Source of the DNA: Macrostomum lignano
Lineage: Eukaryota
Direction of reading: 5' to 3'
Length of the DNA stretch: 64,000 nt
Assembly (NCBI GenBank): GCA_002269645.1
Contig: NIVC01000875.1
Location: forward strand, 62,001-126,000
Below are positions 39,219 to 51,925 of the stretch, piece after piece. The position numbers and the translations under genes were made by a program. How positions within the stretch are numbered: position 1 is the stretch's first letter; each line of letters opens with the position of its first letter. The notes under the pieces were generated by a model, which ran no database searches, was not told the origin of the DNA, and was given only the letters and a program-made list of their open reading frames with translations.

Positions 39219-42200
39219 TCAACGCTCTCCGGTGCCATAGTTGGCTCCGCCAGCCTTCACCAGCAGTTCCTTGATGTACTCCTCGGTGAAGTTCTCGGCG
39301 TTCTCTTCGCCGAACAAGCATTCGACTGCGAAGCTCTAGAAGGACAGAAAGGAAGGTTATTCTGATCTTCGAATGGTACAAGCGTCAGTCGTGCCTTGGC
39401 TTGTGTTCTCGATGTCTGCTTGTCCCCTAGAAAAATAACTCCAAAGAATCTACAAGTAATGTCTGAGCGCTGGGCGTGATGAATCAGGGCTAATCATAAG
39501 GGCTGCGACCATTTTGGAGTAAAGGGGTCGCACAAACAGCGCTGAGGCAATTCTGCCTATTCCGCTGACTCCTTAGCACATGCAATCGTCAGGTATGTAG
39601 CTCATAGAAGACGAAGGCAAAAAGCCTTGGAGGTTAAGATCGTTGTTCCAGTGAGTTATGGATTAGAATTTATTCGGTGTTATCGATGTTTTATTATTTC
39701 CTCTGTGCAGACAACTATGGGCCGAGAATTCATCATCTCTTACCTTGATGATCTCTTTAACCATGGTCTTCTCGGCGCCAGTTTTGGCTCGCTTCAACGG
39801 CGACACGCCGGTGCCAATCCAGGTGATGAAGACGAACTTGGCCCGCTTGCTCAGCTCGTCGCCAGTGTACTGCCGCAGGAATCCGTAGGTGCGCTCGTTG
39901 TCTGCAGGAGTTTTTTGTGACTTAATTAATGTTTCTTTGATGGGTCACTGGTCTTATTTATTACCCTAGTGGCGCCACATCTATTGCCCTGATGGCGCCA
40001 CATCTATTACCCTAGTGGCGCTACATCTACTACCCTAATGGCGTCACATCTATTACCCTAGTGGCGCTACATCTATTACCCTAGTGGCGCCACATCTATT
40101 ACACCGCTTGAAGTATATATATATATATATATAGACGCAAAAAGTTAGATAGCTTTTGCGCGCACGCGCTCGCAGAACAGTCGGGAGGGGCAGGCCATGG
40201 CGGACTGGGGATCAAGTCCGATAGCCTGCAAGTCAGCCAACAGAGTGGTAATTAGCGTCACAGTTCTTCCTTGGCCGCGGCGCAGCCGCTCGGTCGGTTG
40301 GTGCAGGAGGACCAGCGCAAGCGGGTTTCGCTCGCCGCGACCGTGGCTCCTCAGACAGTGGCCCAGCAGCATCTGGCGGCGCCGGCGCAGGGTGACGCTC
40401 AGGGCTGGGACGCCGGCGCGAACCATCAGGTCTCTGGACGGCAGCCTCTCCGGGTAGTGCACGCCCAGGGCGTGGCGCAGCAGGGACCTGTACAGCGCGT
40501 CCAGGGCTTTCTCTCGCGTGGCGGTCATCGGCACTGCTTCCATGCCGTACAGAAGGATAGGCTCAACGGTAGCGCGGAAGAGGCGCACCTTCAGGCTGTC
40601 TCTTGCAGCAGAGTTGAAGACGTTCCTGAGAAGGTGCGCCGCACGCCAGGCCTGATTCCTTCTGTCGGAGACGATGGAGTCGGGACTCATCACCAGGGAG
40701 CCGAGGTACCGAAAGTCCTCGCACACCGCGATGGCGTCTCCGTTGGGCAGATCTAGTACCGGGGCGGTATCAGTGCCCACGTGCAGCACTTCTGTCTTCA
40801 GTGCGTTGATCATCAGTCCAACCCGAGCGCCCTCCTCGCAGAGTCTTAAGAGAGCGCGTTGGGCAGCAGCTGGATCGCGACAGAGGAGTGCGATGTCGTC
40901 TGCATACGCAAGAGCCGGCAGCGGGACTGCAGGGTGTCGGGAGCTTCGACGTGGGACTAGCACATAGCCGTCGTCATCATGGAGAGACCGGCGCAGCACG
41001 TAGTCCACGACCATGATGAAAAGCAGAGGAGCCAGCGTGTCGCCCTGAAGGACGCCAGAGCTTGTGCTGAACTCATCAGTGGGGCCGTCGCTCGACTGAA
41101 CAAATGCCCTGGAATCGCTGTACAGATCCATCACCGCAGCCACCAGTGCAGGGGGACGCCGTAGTAGGACAGCAGCCATGCAATCGCTAGCCTGGCCACC
41201 GAGTCAAAAGCCTTCCGGAAATCCACGAAGACAATCGACACGGAGCGCAGGCGGGTCTTGCAGGCCTCAATGATTGAGCGGATGGTTGCAACCTGCTCAG
41301 TGGTGGACCTGCCTGGCCGAAAACCGCTCTGGAGACTCAGCAGCAGTGGGTTGAGACCTGGCAGGAGGCGGTTGCGCAGCACAGCATTCAGCAACTTTGC
41401 CGTGGTACATTCCAGCGCAATGCCACGCTGGTTGTCCAGGCTTGTAGAAGCCCCCTTCTTCGGGATGGAAACGATCTTGGAGGTGCGCCATTGTGGGGGC
41501 GCGCAGGCGGCCGCGTCGCCTCCAAGACTGCAGTGCTTGTTCAGCACCTCGGTGATGGCGGGGGTCAGCTCTGGTAGCTTCAGGACCCTGGGAGGAATCG
41601 TATCCACCCCAGCAGCGGCGTCGGCACGCATGGTCCTCAGAGCCCGGCCAACCTCGCTCGTTGTGATAGGGCCAACGTTGAAGACGCTAGGTTCTGCTGG
41701 GACAAAGTCTGGGATTGGTAAAAGAGGTAAATTTTGTGCAGGAGCATTAAGCACATCGCGGTAGTGGTTGACCAGCTGAGTCTTGCGATGCTCGATGGAG
41801 TCCGCGCCAACAACTGCGCTAGGCCTGGGCTTCCTGCCAGTCAGCTGGTTGATGGCCCGCCAAGCAGCGCTGTGGCGGCAGTTGTCGGTCGCTAGCTGGA
41901 TCTCGCTCACTGCCTCTTCAACAAACACCTCGGTTCGCTGGGCATAGATGACTTGCAGCTGGTCCCGGGCAGTGTTGGCCTGGTCGCTATCATCGCCATG
42001 GAGGGCGGTGACGCTCTGCACGTGTCGTCGCGCTTGACTGATTGCAGGATCGTTGTCCCACAGCGCCTTGGGATGGTTTGCCATCCGTCTTGGGAGAATG
42101 GATGCTGCATCCTCGACAGCCCTGGTGAAGGAATCGGCCGACTCATTCAAAGCGGGAGTTGCAGCACGCAGCCTGTCCAGAAAGGCTGCCCGCGTAGCTG

Positions 42201-45200
42201 GATTCCTCAGGTCAGCCCATAGCGGGTGAGGAGGGGGGCACTTCAGCTTGGACCAGCGCAAGTCAGTGTCGCAGGCCACCAGACTATGATCGGACCTCAC
42301 GCAGCTAGGACGAATGTTGAGCACTCTGCGCACTCTGGACCTGAGGGCAGAGGGGCAGAGTATCCAGTCTAGCCGGGTGGTCCGTCCATTGGGGCCAAAG
42401 AAGGTCGGGATCTTGCAATAGCGCTGCCGCAGAAAGCCATTAACAGGCGTCAGGTCCCTTGCCTGGATGAAGCAGGACAGGTGATCAGAGTTGGCATTTG
42501 GAGTGCCACAGTTGTTCTTCACCAGGCGGCCATCAGCGGGGAGGGGCGCATTGAAATCGCCAACGACAAAAACTGAATCGCGAGCAGGGAGAGAATCAAG
42601 CAGATGACCCAGAGTGTCATACAGGGCATCTGTGTCTGCCGGATTCTCGCTGGTCCGAGGGGCTGTGGGGGCGTAGACACAGACGACATGCAGGCGCCGA
42701 TCCTTCAGGGCAAAGGATGCGTGTCCGAGGCGCTCAGAGATGAATCTGACATCCAGCAGGGCTTTGGATGCGGCGGGCGAGAGCAGAAAGCCAATGCCTC
42801 CGATCCCACGTGGCGTGGCTGGGGCAGCCTTGAATTGCCACCCGAGGCCCAGGTCCGCGCTTTCATCTCTGCTCCTGCGGTGCTCTTGGATGGCCAGAAT
42901 AGAGATCTCCAGATCCACCGCTAGCCGAGTCAACTCCTGCAGCCTCCACCAGAGACTGAGGGTGCGGGCGTTGAACGTGGCGAGTCGAATCTGGTTCGGG
43001 AGGTGCGGCCGACTTCTCTCTCGGCTTGAAGTAGAACACAACAAAATTAGTTTCCACTTTAGACTAGGCTCTCAGGTACATGCTTGACTATTCTATTCTA
43101 AACAATTATTTTCAATGACAGTGTGAAAACCTGACAATTAAATAGAATATCAAATAGCGTTGGGAATAATGCCGACAATGCGAAGTTTCATTCTCAAACA
43201 GTTTCTAATCTAAAACTCGCGTACTTTTCGGTGTCCTTAGTTCTAGCATCATTATGGTACTCGGTCTGTGATGGCGGGGACTCGTACCAAAATTGGATAA
43301 TTACACTGACGCTTACCAACAAACTGACTGCGAAACTCGGCAAATTCGGCACCCTTTGCTGCTAGCTCGATATCTCCTTCTTCGTTGTACTTCAGAACTA
43401 GCCTGAAATGTTGGCGGCGTGTTCTTTTTGAAGTTCAATTTTTTTAAACTTACGCTAAAGCCTCTCGACTGACCGTCTTGGTTAGGCTCTCCCCTATTGG
43501 CGACGGGACCGTCACATATCACAACTCCGAAAGCACTTCCCATCACAAACCTTAAATATCACAAACCCGAAATATCACAAGCCCGAAATATCATCACTCC
43601 AAAAACTAAGCCTATTGCTAGCACTTTCGGAGTTATGATTTTGTCTGGTTTATGATGGTGACCCGTCTTGGCGACCATAGCTTTTTGAGTTACGAGTCTC
43701 TTAACTTTCATCTTATGAAATATTCTTATCCAGAGTTTAATGAACCGTACCTGTAGAACTTGACAGTAAAAAAATCAAAAGAATAATCGAATTTAAAAGT
43801 ATTATAAATGCACACGAATCTTGTCGTAGTTTACTTCACTTTCACAGCGAAAAAAAACAGATTTTTTAATTATTAACCAAGGAAAACTAGAGATCTGCTC
43901 GATGCTCCCAGGTGAAAAAAATTTGTAGTAAACAAAATGGTGTTTGCTTTATGCAGTGCCTTTGCTAAACTTCACTTCTTGGTGCTCATCCTTTGGTAGG
44001 AGTTCTGCGTACTTTGTCGGGCCTTCATGGCCGTGCTGAAGCGGGATGCGTTGGCGCTCAACAAGCTTTGGCAGAGAATCTTCGACGCTTTGATTTCTTG
44101 CTGGAGGAACCGGCTGCAGGAGTTAAATTGAGGCAAGATGCAGTTTCAGAGAAAGCGTTCTTACAGACGTTCGGAGAGACCAACTGATAATACAAGCCTC
44201 CCTGTGTATTAATACATGTATACTCAGCAACATCGAAAAATCGCCATCACAGAAGATTCCGTTTGTGGTCGCCACTTTTGAGAGTGCAGGTAAAGTCTCT
44301 CAATCTTGCGAGTGACGCAACTCAGCTACGCCGCGGAAGACTTGAATGAAGCGGGAGGGGAGCGGTGTGCGAGGGTTGGACGGATTAAAGCTACCCCGAT
44401 CGATCAGTTTTCTCGTATATTTTACTTCAGAATATTCCAGGAGAAATTTCTCACTGGCGCATAGATTGGCGACATTTCAATGTTGCTGAGTATAGGTGTC
44501 AACGGCATCCTGACTTGGACTATATTGAGGGGCTAATATGAGCGGTTGCAGCGCCACAAAACACTGGGAGGTTTATTGTACTCACTACTTGTAGATGCAG
44601 AGCGCTTCTCTGAGCGTGTAGCTGTAGTCGTAGTCCCTGGGCAGTATGACACCTCGCTCCCGATGCACTCGCTTGACGGCTTCGAGGTACCCGGGCAGTT
44701 TCATCATCATCTCTCGCTTCGCTTGCCTAACAGAGACCTTCTTCGAATTCTCATTGTTTTGAGTAGCCGTTGATGGGGATGCCATATTTCTCTGGTGTGT
44801 GACTTTTATGCTCTTTTGTTTGTTAGTTTGAACTCCAGCGTTCGTCAGTGAGAGCCAATTTACAACGCGTTACATTTATATAGCTAACTAATCATAAATT
44901 AGCTGTTTTATTTGTTGGGCAGGGCTACCCTTATATGTCTATGTGCTTTCATAACTACCAGGTTGTAGCTCTGTTGCTTCTGTCTAATTAGGAATACCGT
45001 CATAAAGTGCTAAAATTATACACTTTGGGGAGAGCATTGAATTTCAGACATCGAGCAGTTAAATTCAGACTTTAAACTCAGAAACAATAGACAAAAAGTG
45101 TGTATTTTGTGACGCTTTTGTCGGACCCTCCAGCTCCATTTGCACGTCGGGCATGCCTTGCCCTGAGTTTTACGGCTTTCTGTGTCGTGAATTCAATGCC

Positions 45201-46088
45201 TTGTCTGTGCCTGGGCCATAGACCTGAGACGGTGTTTTGACCATAGACAAAAGTAGAAGCATTGGTTTAATAATAATTGGCAGTGTCTTCAAACTCTTTT
45301 ATTAAATGTATCAATACATTGATGCACACAGATCAAGGAGAAACAATTCCAATAGGCGCCCTCTGAATTGGAAATTAATGCCTTTCAAAAATGAATGTTA
45401 ATATTTTACCATGACCTTTGTGCCCGCTAGGCACTTATTCTTGCCTTTTAAAGCCATAGACTACATTTAGGCCCGCTTGCAGGAAAGAAATATCGAAATT
45501 AGCGGGCAGTTAATAACATTTAACGCCCGATTATTCTGTCCCACTTTGTCAAGGACACAAATGTCTATGGCACAATGAACTATTGTTGGGCCTGTTGCGT
45601 GGGGGGTTGGGCGTGCGCTTTTACTTTGCGTATCATTTGTGATTTTAACTATGTGCGTGTGCTCATTGTCCATTGCTCACGCTCTTTGCACGTCTCAGCT
45701 CTATTGTGATTGTAATGTACACTGTTGGTGTTTTAGCCCTTGGGTTGGAGAGGCTGCTATTGAACCTCGCTTATAATAAATCGTCTCGGTGTTTTTCAGT
45801 GCACTTGGAACTTTTGTCTCGTCTCGCACACTCTCTGCTCTTGACTTGCTGCTTTTAACAAATGCTGTTACATCAAGATGATTCAATATTTATGAATTTC
45901 ATACTATTACATTAGGGACGATATTAGATATTAGAAAGACCGTAATGAGAAGAAAGTATCAGCGTTAAAATAAAAAACTTTGGCACTTGTTTGGCCTTAT
46001 AACCGCCGACTCACCAATGCGTGTCAGTTTTGTCGTCTCTCACATCCTCGTAGGCGGCCAATATTTCGTCTTTGTCGATTTTCACCAT
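39219..46088 (-). CDS. COTL1: Coactosin-like ADF-H actin-binding protein; exons 46088-46015, 43402-43317, 39901-39744, 39335-39219; 144 aa
   Basis: Spliced by hand: MVKIDKDEILAAYEDVRDDKTDTHW|LVLKYNEEGDIELAAKGAEFAEFRSQFV|DNERTYGFLRQYTGDELSKRAKFVFITWIGTGVSPLKRAKTGAEKTMVKEIIK|SFAVE...ELLVKAGGANYGTGER. GT-AG introns with phases 2, 1, 0. Missed by the ORF track. Confidence 0.92.
40116..43023 (-). mobile_element. RTE-like non-LTR retrotransposon (APE endonuclease + RT), nearly full length, one 1-bp frameshift at ~41153
   Basis: RLATFNART, IQEH, GDFNA, RLDWIL, SDH (APE); QSGFRPGRST, FVDFRKAFDS, QGDTLAPLLF, YADDIAL, FRYLGS (RT). (TA)n tail follows the stop. 10-bp TSD gcttgaagta at 40106-40115 and 43024-43033. 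Located in coactosin intron 2. Confidence 0.93.
43502..43667. mobile_element. Small foldback/MITE-like element
   Basis: Termini gacggg...cccgtc, internal atcac/gtgat repeats, ttggc on both sides. Confidence 0.45.
44585..44785 (-). CDS. Small 66-aa basic ORF nested in coactosin intron 1, unknown function
   Basis: aaatATGG start, tandem TAG TGA stops and AATAAA 5 nt further on. No homology recognised. Confidence 0.4.
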   Translation of the reverse strand: MASPSTATQNNENSKKVSVRQAKREMMMKLPGYLEAVKRVHRERGVILPRDYDYSYTLREALCIYK

Positions 46089-48355
46089 ATTTTGCGGTCT
46101 GTATCGGTCTAGGAGAAGTAAACCCTTGTTAGCAGATAATAAGGAGTTAAAAGTTAGTGCGATCTGCGCTAGCAGTTTCTAAACGCAAAGTCTGTCTAAT
46201 ATATTATTAATAGCTAGCTACACACAGCCGAATTAACTTCGCCAGGCAGTGGTAGAAAATCTGGTTATAAGTCTTACAAACACATTCCACTCGAGCGTGC
46301 CAAATTCCATGCACAGCTGAGCTAATGCAAGCATAGTCAGATATCAAAGTACAGTTTGCACAAGTTACGGAGCCGTGAACACTGTAGCTCGTTCTGCGCA
46401 GCATAGGCTGGCACTGGCAGAAATGAGGAGAGGCGTTCGATGGTATCTGCATGCTTATTCGAATGGCACGGCAGAATGTTTATGGCAATGGCAATCCAAT
46501 CCAGTCCAAGCTAAATCGCTTTTTCTGCGCTTTACTTTCTTAATAGATAAGCCGGCGCATGCAGCCCCAAACCACCATAGCTTTGCAATCCAACTACTAT
46601 TAGTAGGCATTTGTTGGATATTTACAAACTCTAACGTAAGCCAACTCAAAGCCCCAAATGGAGACGTCGTATTTAGGCAGATTAACAAAGTTTACCGATA
46701 AGATAATTAAGGTAGTTTCACTACTTTTGTATTGCAGAAACCCCCCGGACAGGTAGCTACCGTTGCTAGTTCACTTTTTAAGGCTAATTTTAATTCTGAT
46801 CAAGTTTCACCTCGTTCAGGCATTTTAGTATATACACAAGTTTTCTTACTTAAAGTTTGTTATAGTAAATTCTGTCAGACTCTACAGAAGCTGTTTATCG
46901 CTAGTATAAACTTTTCTCTGCAAAGATTCGCACAATCAGTATAGAGTCAACTATAACATGCTGCTGGTCGTAGTAGTTTCAACATGTCGCATATTAACTG
47001 CACGTAAAGTTTTCGAGAATCTGAATTTTTTCAACTACAATTGGACAGTTTTTTTATGCTGGCATGAGGATATAGTATGAAGCTCGTAACTGCATCAATA
47101 GTCCGCAGCTTGTATGTAGGATATTGCGAGCATTTATGCATCCTGGAGTATGAAGGCCAACTGCAAATCCCGGAGATCCTATATACAAATGTCAGTCTGA
47201 ACAAGCAAGCTTTCTAAATAGTCTTTTATTTCGAGAGGCGTCTCCATCTTTTCTGTCTGTCTTTTCCAGTGTTTCTATCTACCTCCCGCCTACGCAGATC
47301 TGCTCAAACTGAGAGAGCCATTTGTTATACGCTCATAGCCTCGTTTCTATTTTTACGGCAGCCTTTCGTCACCTCAACTCTCTCTTACCTCCAGCCCAGA
47401 CGGTTCCAGCCAAGCCGCTGGTTTGTTTAAATTTCAAATATTTGCATTGAATTTTCGCACCAAGACGCTTCTTTAGAAGACATTTTCTACTCGGTCTGGA
47501 AGTTTATTAAAGTTTGTCTAGATTAAACTATAAGATTACAGTTTAAAAATTAAATTACACTCGTGATTTTGATCGGATCAGAAATCTAGAGCCATAGAAA
47601 ATATGAGGCTTTTTTCGTGAAGATTTCTTTTGCAAGAAATTAATCAACGTTTAACATTCCTTTTCTTTCTTTGCTCAACACTGAATTTTGGATGAACTTG
47701 ACATTAGCTGGAAAGTTAAAGCCTGATACAAAAGGCTGAACGCTCTCTGAAAATCTTTTTCTCTCTTTCCTACTAGCCCTGTCTTTTTAAAAGAGATAGA
47801 AGAAGCCCTGACACAGCCACTGTCACAGAGCAGAAGATGTGGGGGGCAGAGAGGGGTCCATTGTCATTGAGCATCGCTACAGCAAGGAGCGGACAAAAGA
47901 AGCTCTCTAATGCCAGCTGCACTTGAGCACAGAGCCGCTCACAGAACACTACTTGCAGAGGCTGAGAAGAAAAGCACTGGCTAAGGCGTTTTAGGCCACC
48001 GTGTTATTGACCCCCAAGCTATTCAGCGCTGCATACAGCTCTCGCTGCGGCACGCGTTCGTGAAACACGCATTCCTCCCGCCCCGAGCCCTTCGCCCTGC
48101 AAGGCTAATGTAGGAGACAGAAGTGAGATGCCAGCAATGTGTATTTATTTACAACCGAGAGATCGTCTATGCGCTCAAGTTTCCGGCTTTGAGCTGTTTG
48201 TGTAATTTTGTTGTTTTGCTCGCTCCGAGCTCTTGAACGCGACTTCGGAAATAGCCATTGTCGGGCGAAAACAAGCCAACAACAGGCTGAGTCAGGCGGC
48301 AGGGTTGGGTCGCGCCGCAGCTACGGGCGGGGACGTGGCGTCGACGACCCGTCTG

Positions 48356-49975
48356 ATGGCTCAGCCGGCTCAGCAGCTGCTGCTCCATCTGCTACTGCTG
48401 ATGCTGACAACCTCTCTGCTGACCTCGCAAGCCTCCAGCGCCGCTGTCAAATCCTCGGATAAACTCGAAGAGGAGCTGCTGCAACTCCGCGAGCTGATCG
48501 CCTCCGAGCTTGAACGACGAGCAGCAGTTAGGCTAGAAGATGGCGACAGTCCGGCGCTGACTGACAGGAAAGCTCCAGCCAGCCTCGCCGATGTCGTGGC
48601 CGGCGCCAAGGCCTACGCCTCCGGCCTGGCTACCTCTGCGGCTCCACCGCCGCCTGGAACCACGCTTGAACTTAAGGACGAAGCTGTGACGCCGATATGG
48701 AGCAACAGTTCCAGCAGAGTGAACGGCACCAGCCCCGCGGGTCTGTTCAGTCCGCAGTGGTTCGCGCACCTGCTGACCGTGATGCCGCTGGCCGCCTGGA
48801 TCGCAGTGCTCTGCGGCGCCGGGCTGCTGCTCTGCGCCCTGCTGGCTCTCATCATCTACTGCTGCTGCTGCCGCTCTAAAGATTTCTACGACGGCTCACG
48901 GCAACGCTTGAAACGGCAAGATGGATACGGTATGACGTTCAAAGATTTGGACATTGTTGGCAAAGAGCAGCCTCCGTACGGCGTCATTAACTATTCGCTG
49001 GAGTACGACGTTCCCTCATGCGAGCTCATCATCACCGCGACCAGCTGCATCGGCCTACCGAAGGATCTCAAGCAGCTCGATCCCTACCTTGTAATGCACG
49101 TGTCGCAGGATTCCATTGCGGGCAAGAAGAAGCATCGCTCGCACTCGGCAGGGCAAACTTCTGAGCGCTCCAAAATAGTGAAGAACACCGTCAATCCGGC
49201 CTTCAACTACACCCGGGTAGTCAAGATCAGGGATAAGCGGCTGCTCAGGCGAACCGTCATCAAGTTTGAGATCTACGACTACGACATCGGCAGTCGGCAC
49301 CAGATGATCGCTCGCCGAGAGCTGAAGCTGGCCAAGCTGGGCGAGAAGCTGGACGACATCCTCGGTAGGAAGGTGGAGTACACGAAAAACTTGAAAGCAG
49401 GCATTAATGAGGAGGCCAATGGACCTGGTGACATCTGCCTGGCTCTGTGCTACAGCACAATGGACAAATTGAACAAGTACCTGTGGGTGCATGTCATCGA
49501 GTGCAAAGGTGTGTTCATTCAACGCTTCGGTGAGCCGGATTTCGACACCCTGCCCAACACCTACGTGAAGCTGGCACTGCATGTTCCCGGCAGCAGGCGG
49601 ACGATCCAGTCCACCAAGCTCATCAAGGCGTCGAGAAATCCGTACTTCAACGAACAGTTCATATTCAAGACAGAGCTGAGCGAGTACATCAGTCTGAGAG
49701 TCTCTCTGATGCACCGCTCCGAGACCCTCGGTATTAAGCGGGTGATCGGGTCGCAGACGCTGTCGATGCAGGCAGACAAAGACAGCATCGAGCGGCTTCA
49801 CTGGAGAGACGTGCTTGAGAAGCAGGACATCCCGAGCGCGCGCTGGCACAGTCTGGTCACGCCAGAGGATGAGCGCAAGACCACGGAGCGCAAGGAGGCC
49901 GAAGAGCGAAAGCGAAAACTTGAGCGGGCGGAGGATGAGGCAGCGGCGGCGGCGGCCGCGGCTCTGTACCAGTGA
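48356..49975 (+). CDS. Intronless synaptotagmin-like protein (signal peptide, luminal region, TM, tandem C2), ~539 aa from the likely Met
   Basis: MAQPAQQLLLHLLLLMLTTSLL signal-like segment; TM ending in CCCC; C2A (GVINYSLEYD...DPY...NPAFN...IYDYD) and C2B (GDICLALCY...YVKL...RNPYFNEQFIF). The open frame extends upstream to 48233. Confidence 0.85.
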   Translation: MAQPAQQLLLHLLLLMLTTSLLTSQASSAAVKSSDKLEEELLQLRELIASELERRAAVRLEDGDSPALTDRKAPASLADVVAGAKAYASGLATSAAPPPPGTTLELKDEAVTPIWSNSSSRVNGTSPAGLFSPQWFAHLLTVMPLAAWIAVLCGAGLLLCALLALIIYCCCCRSKDFYDGSRQRLKRQDGYGMTFKDLDIVGKEQPPYGVINYSLEYDVPSCELIITATSCIGLPKDLKQLDPYLVMHVSQDSIAGKKKHRSHSAGQTSERSKIVKNTVNPAFNYTRVVKIRDKRLLRRTVIKFEIYDYDIGSRHQMIARRELKLAKLGEKLDDILGRKVEYTKNLKAGINEEANGPGDICLALCYSTMDKLNKYLWVHVIECKGVFIQRFGEPDFDTLPNTYVKLALHVPGSRRTIQSTKLIKASRNPYFNEQFIFKTELSEYISLRVSLMHRSETLGIKRVIGSQTLSMQADKDSIERLHWRDVLEKQDIPSARWHSLVTPEDERKTTERKEAEERKRKLERAEDEAAAAAAAALYQ

Positions 49976-50689
49976 GAGCTGCGTGCATTCAGGTGTGCTC
50001 AAACATTTTATAAGAAATTAAGCACCATTCTTAAAACATAAATATATTTTCGGGCCAATTTTTGTAGTCGTGTGTTCCGACAATTACCTACCCCCTTAGT
50101 AAACAACGTACGATGAGATTCACTGATACTGCAGCAGGTCTTTCGACCACGCTGCGGTTTTCGTGGCTGTTGCCGCTCTGGTAATTATTAAGAGTATATT
50201 TTAAGCGTAAGCGTGATCACTATAATATTTTTTATTAAATAAATGGCTAGACAGACAGCTCAGTTATATATTTATTCTGAGTAACAAAACTCATTTCTTT
50301 ACGTCTTTCTTTACGAGTAACGTCTTCTATACTCGTAAAAGCAACTATCTCGAATCGAAATAATATACTTTACAGCTTGTCTACCTACAGTAGTGGCTAG
50401 CTAAATTCAAATTTATAGCAGCAAAGTTTTTTTATAACGAACAAAACAAAACACATGTCAAATCAGCACTCATGACGGGGCACATTCAAAATTCAACTCC
50501 AACCACGCTATAACAACCGAGCCCAACCCAACCGAGTCTGTCGTTGGAGGGACTCGTACTTCTGAATTAAAAAAGTGGTAGCTTTAACGAGCTCGAAAAA
50601 CGAGTAATTGAGGTCTTTCCGACTCGTTTGTTTTAAGGGGTCGCGGGCCCTTTAAGACTTAACAATGGCAATCCAGCCCGCCCAAGGCT

Positions 50690-50960
50690 TGTCTCTTCAG
50701 CTCTCTAACTCTAATAATCCCTTTTCTTTTCTCTCCCTTTTCGCCTCTCGCTTCTCCTCTCAATCCTCTCCTCTCTATCCTCTCCTCTCCATCCTCTCCT
50801 CTCCTCCCCATCCTCTTCTCTCTCCTCTCCTCTCCTCTCCTCTCCTCTCCTCCCCTTTCTTCTCCTCCTCCTCTATTTCCTCGCCTTTCCTTTCTCCTAT
50901 CTGTCTTCTCTCTTCTCTCTTCTCTCAGACCTGATATCTCTCCTCTCCTCTGGGTCGCAG
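50690..50960 (+). repeat. CT-rich low-complexity tract
   Basis: ctctc/ctcct runs. Confidence 0.85.
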
Positions 50961-51925
50961 TCTTCCCTTTGGTGGCCCTAGAGGTAAAGAAATTTTGCCG
51001 ACGCCAGATTTAGATATACAAGTTTAATTTTGAGTCTTACAACGATATTTGAAGTTGCGCCTGAATTGTGAAACCATATGCGGAGCGGACTTGTGCGATC
51101 GTGTGTACAGGAAATAGATTGGCTTATGCCACCTTTACGCTCGGTAAAATTTCAATTAGAAAAATTCTTCATTTCTTTGATATAAGCAGCGAAATTTGCG
51201 CAGTAAACGCAAGAACTGATATTTCCGCTGAGTGCTTTAAATAAACTCTGCAATTGTTCGCAAGGAATCGTACTGAAGGTATTCAAGTATATGTATTCGA
51301 CTATTTAGTAATTGAATCATGGAGTGTCATCACTGTACTACTTATATAGGGTTCAGGGTTAAATTTAAAGGTTAGGGTTGAAGGAGATAGGATAGGATCG
51401 AACCAGGGACCCGTTAAACCAGTTGTCCCTGGGTTGAACGTTTAGAGTAAAAGGGTCAGAGTAAAGCTGGGGTTACGCTAAAAGAGTTAGGGTTAACGGG
51501 TTAGGGCTCACGGGTTCGGGTTTGAAGGGTTAGGGTTGAAGGGTTAGGGTTGAAGGGTTGGTTGTTGAAGCATGTAGTAGGCCTGTAAAACATTTTTCAT
51601 GTAGGGGTCTCCCTAAGTAGAATTAGTAGACGTAGCCTAGTAGAATTACTCTTAGTAGAGTTATTACCGAAGAATACGCGCCACGTTCTCTCCTACGAGT
51701 ATTGCAAAATTAAACTACGTGTGGTCTAGTCTAATGTCGGTAAAAATCTAATTGCGTCGTTGGATATTGCCCCCAACCTACCACTGCGGTGCATTCTTTA
51801 TATTAGCTGTCGACCACTCACTGACAAAACGCTAGCGTTACCGCATGGGCATCGCAAAAACACCATTTTCAGTCAGCCACAATCGAAAGAAAAGCTACAA
51901 CAAAGTAACAAAATCAATCGACTCT

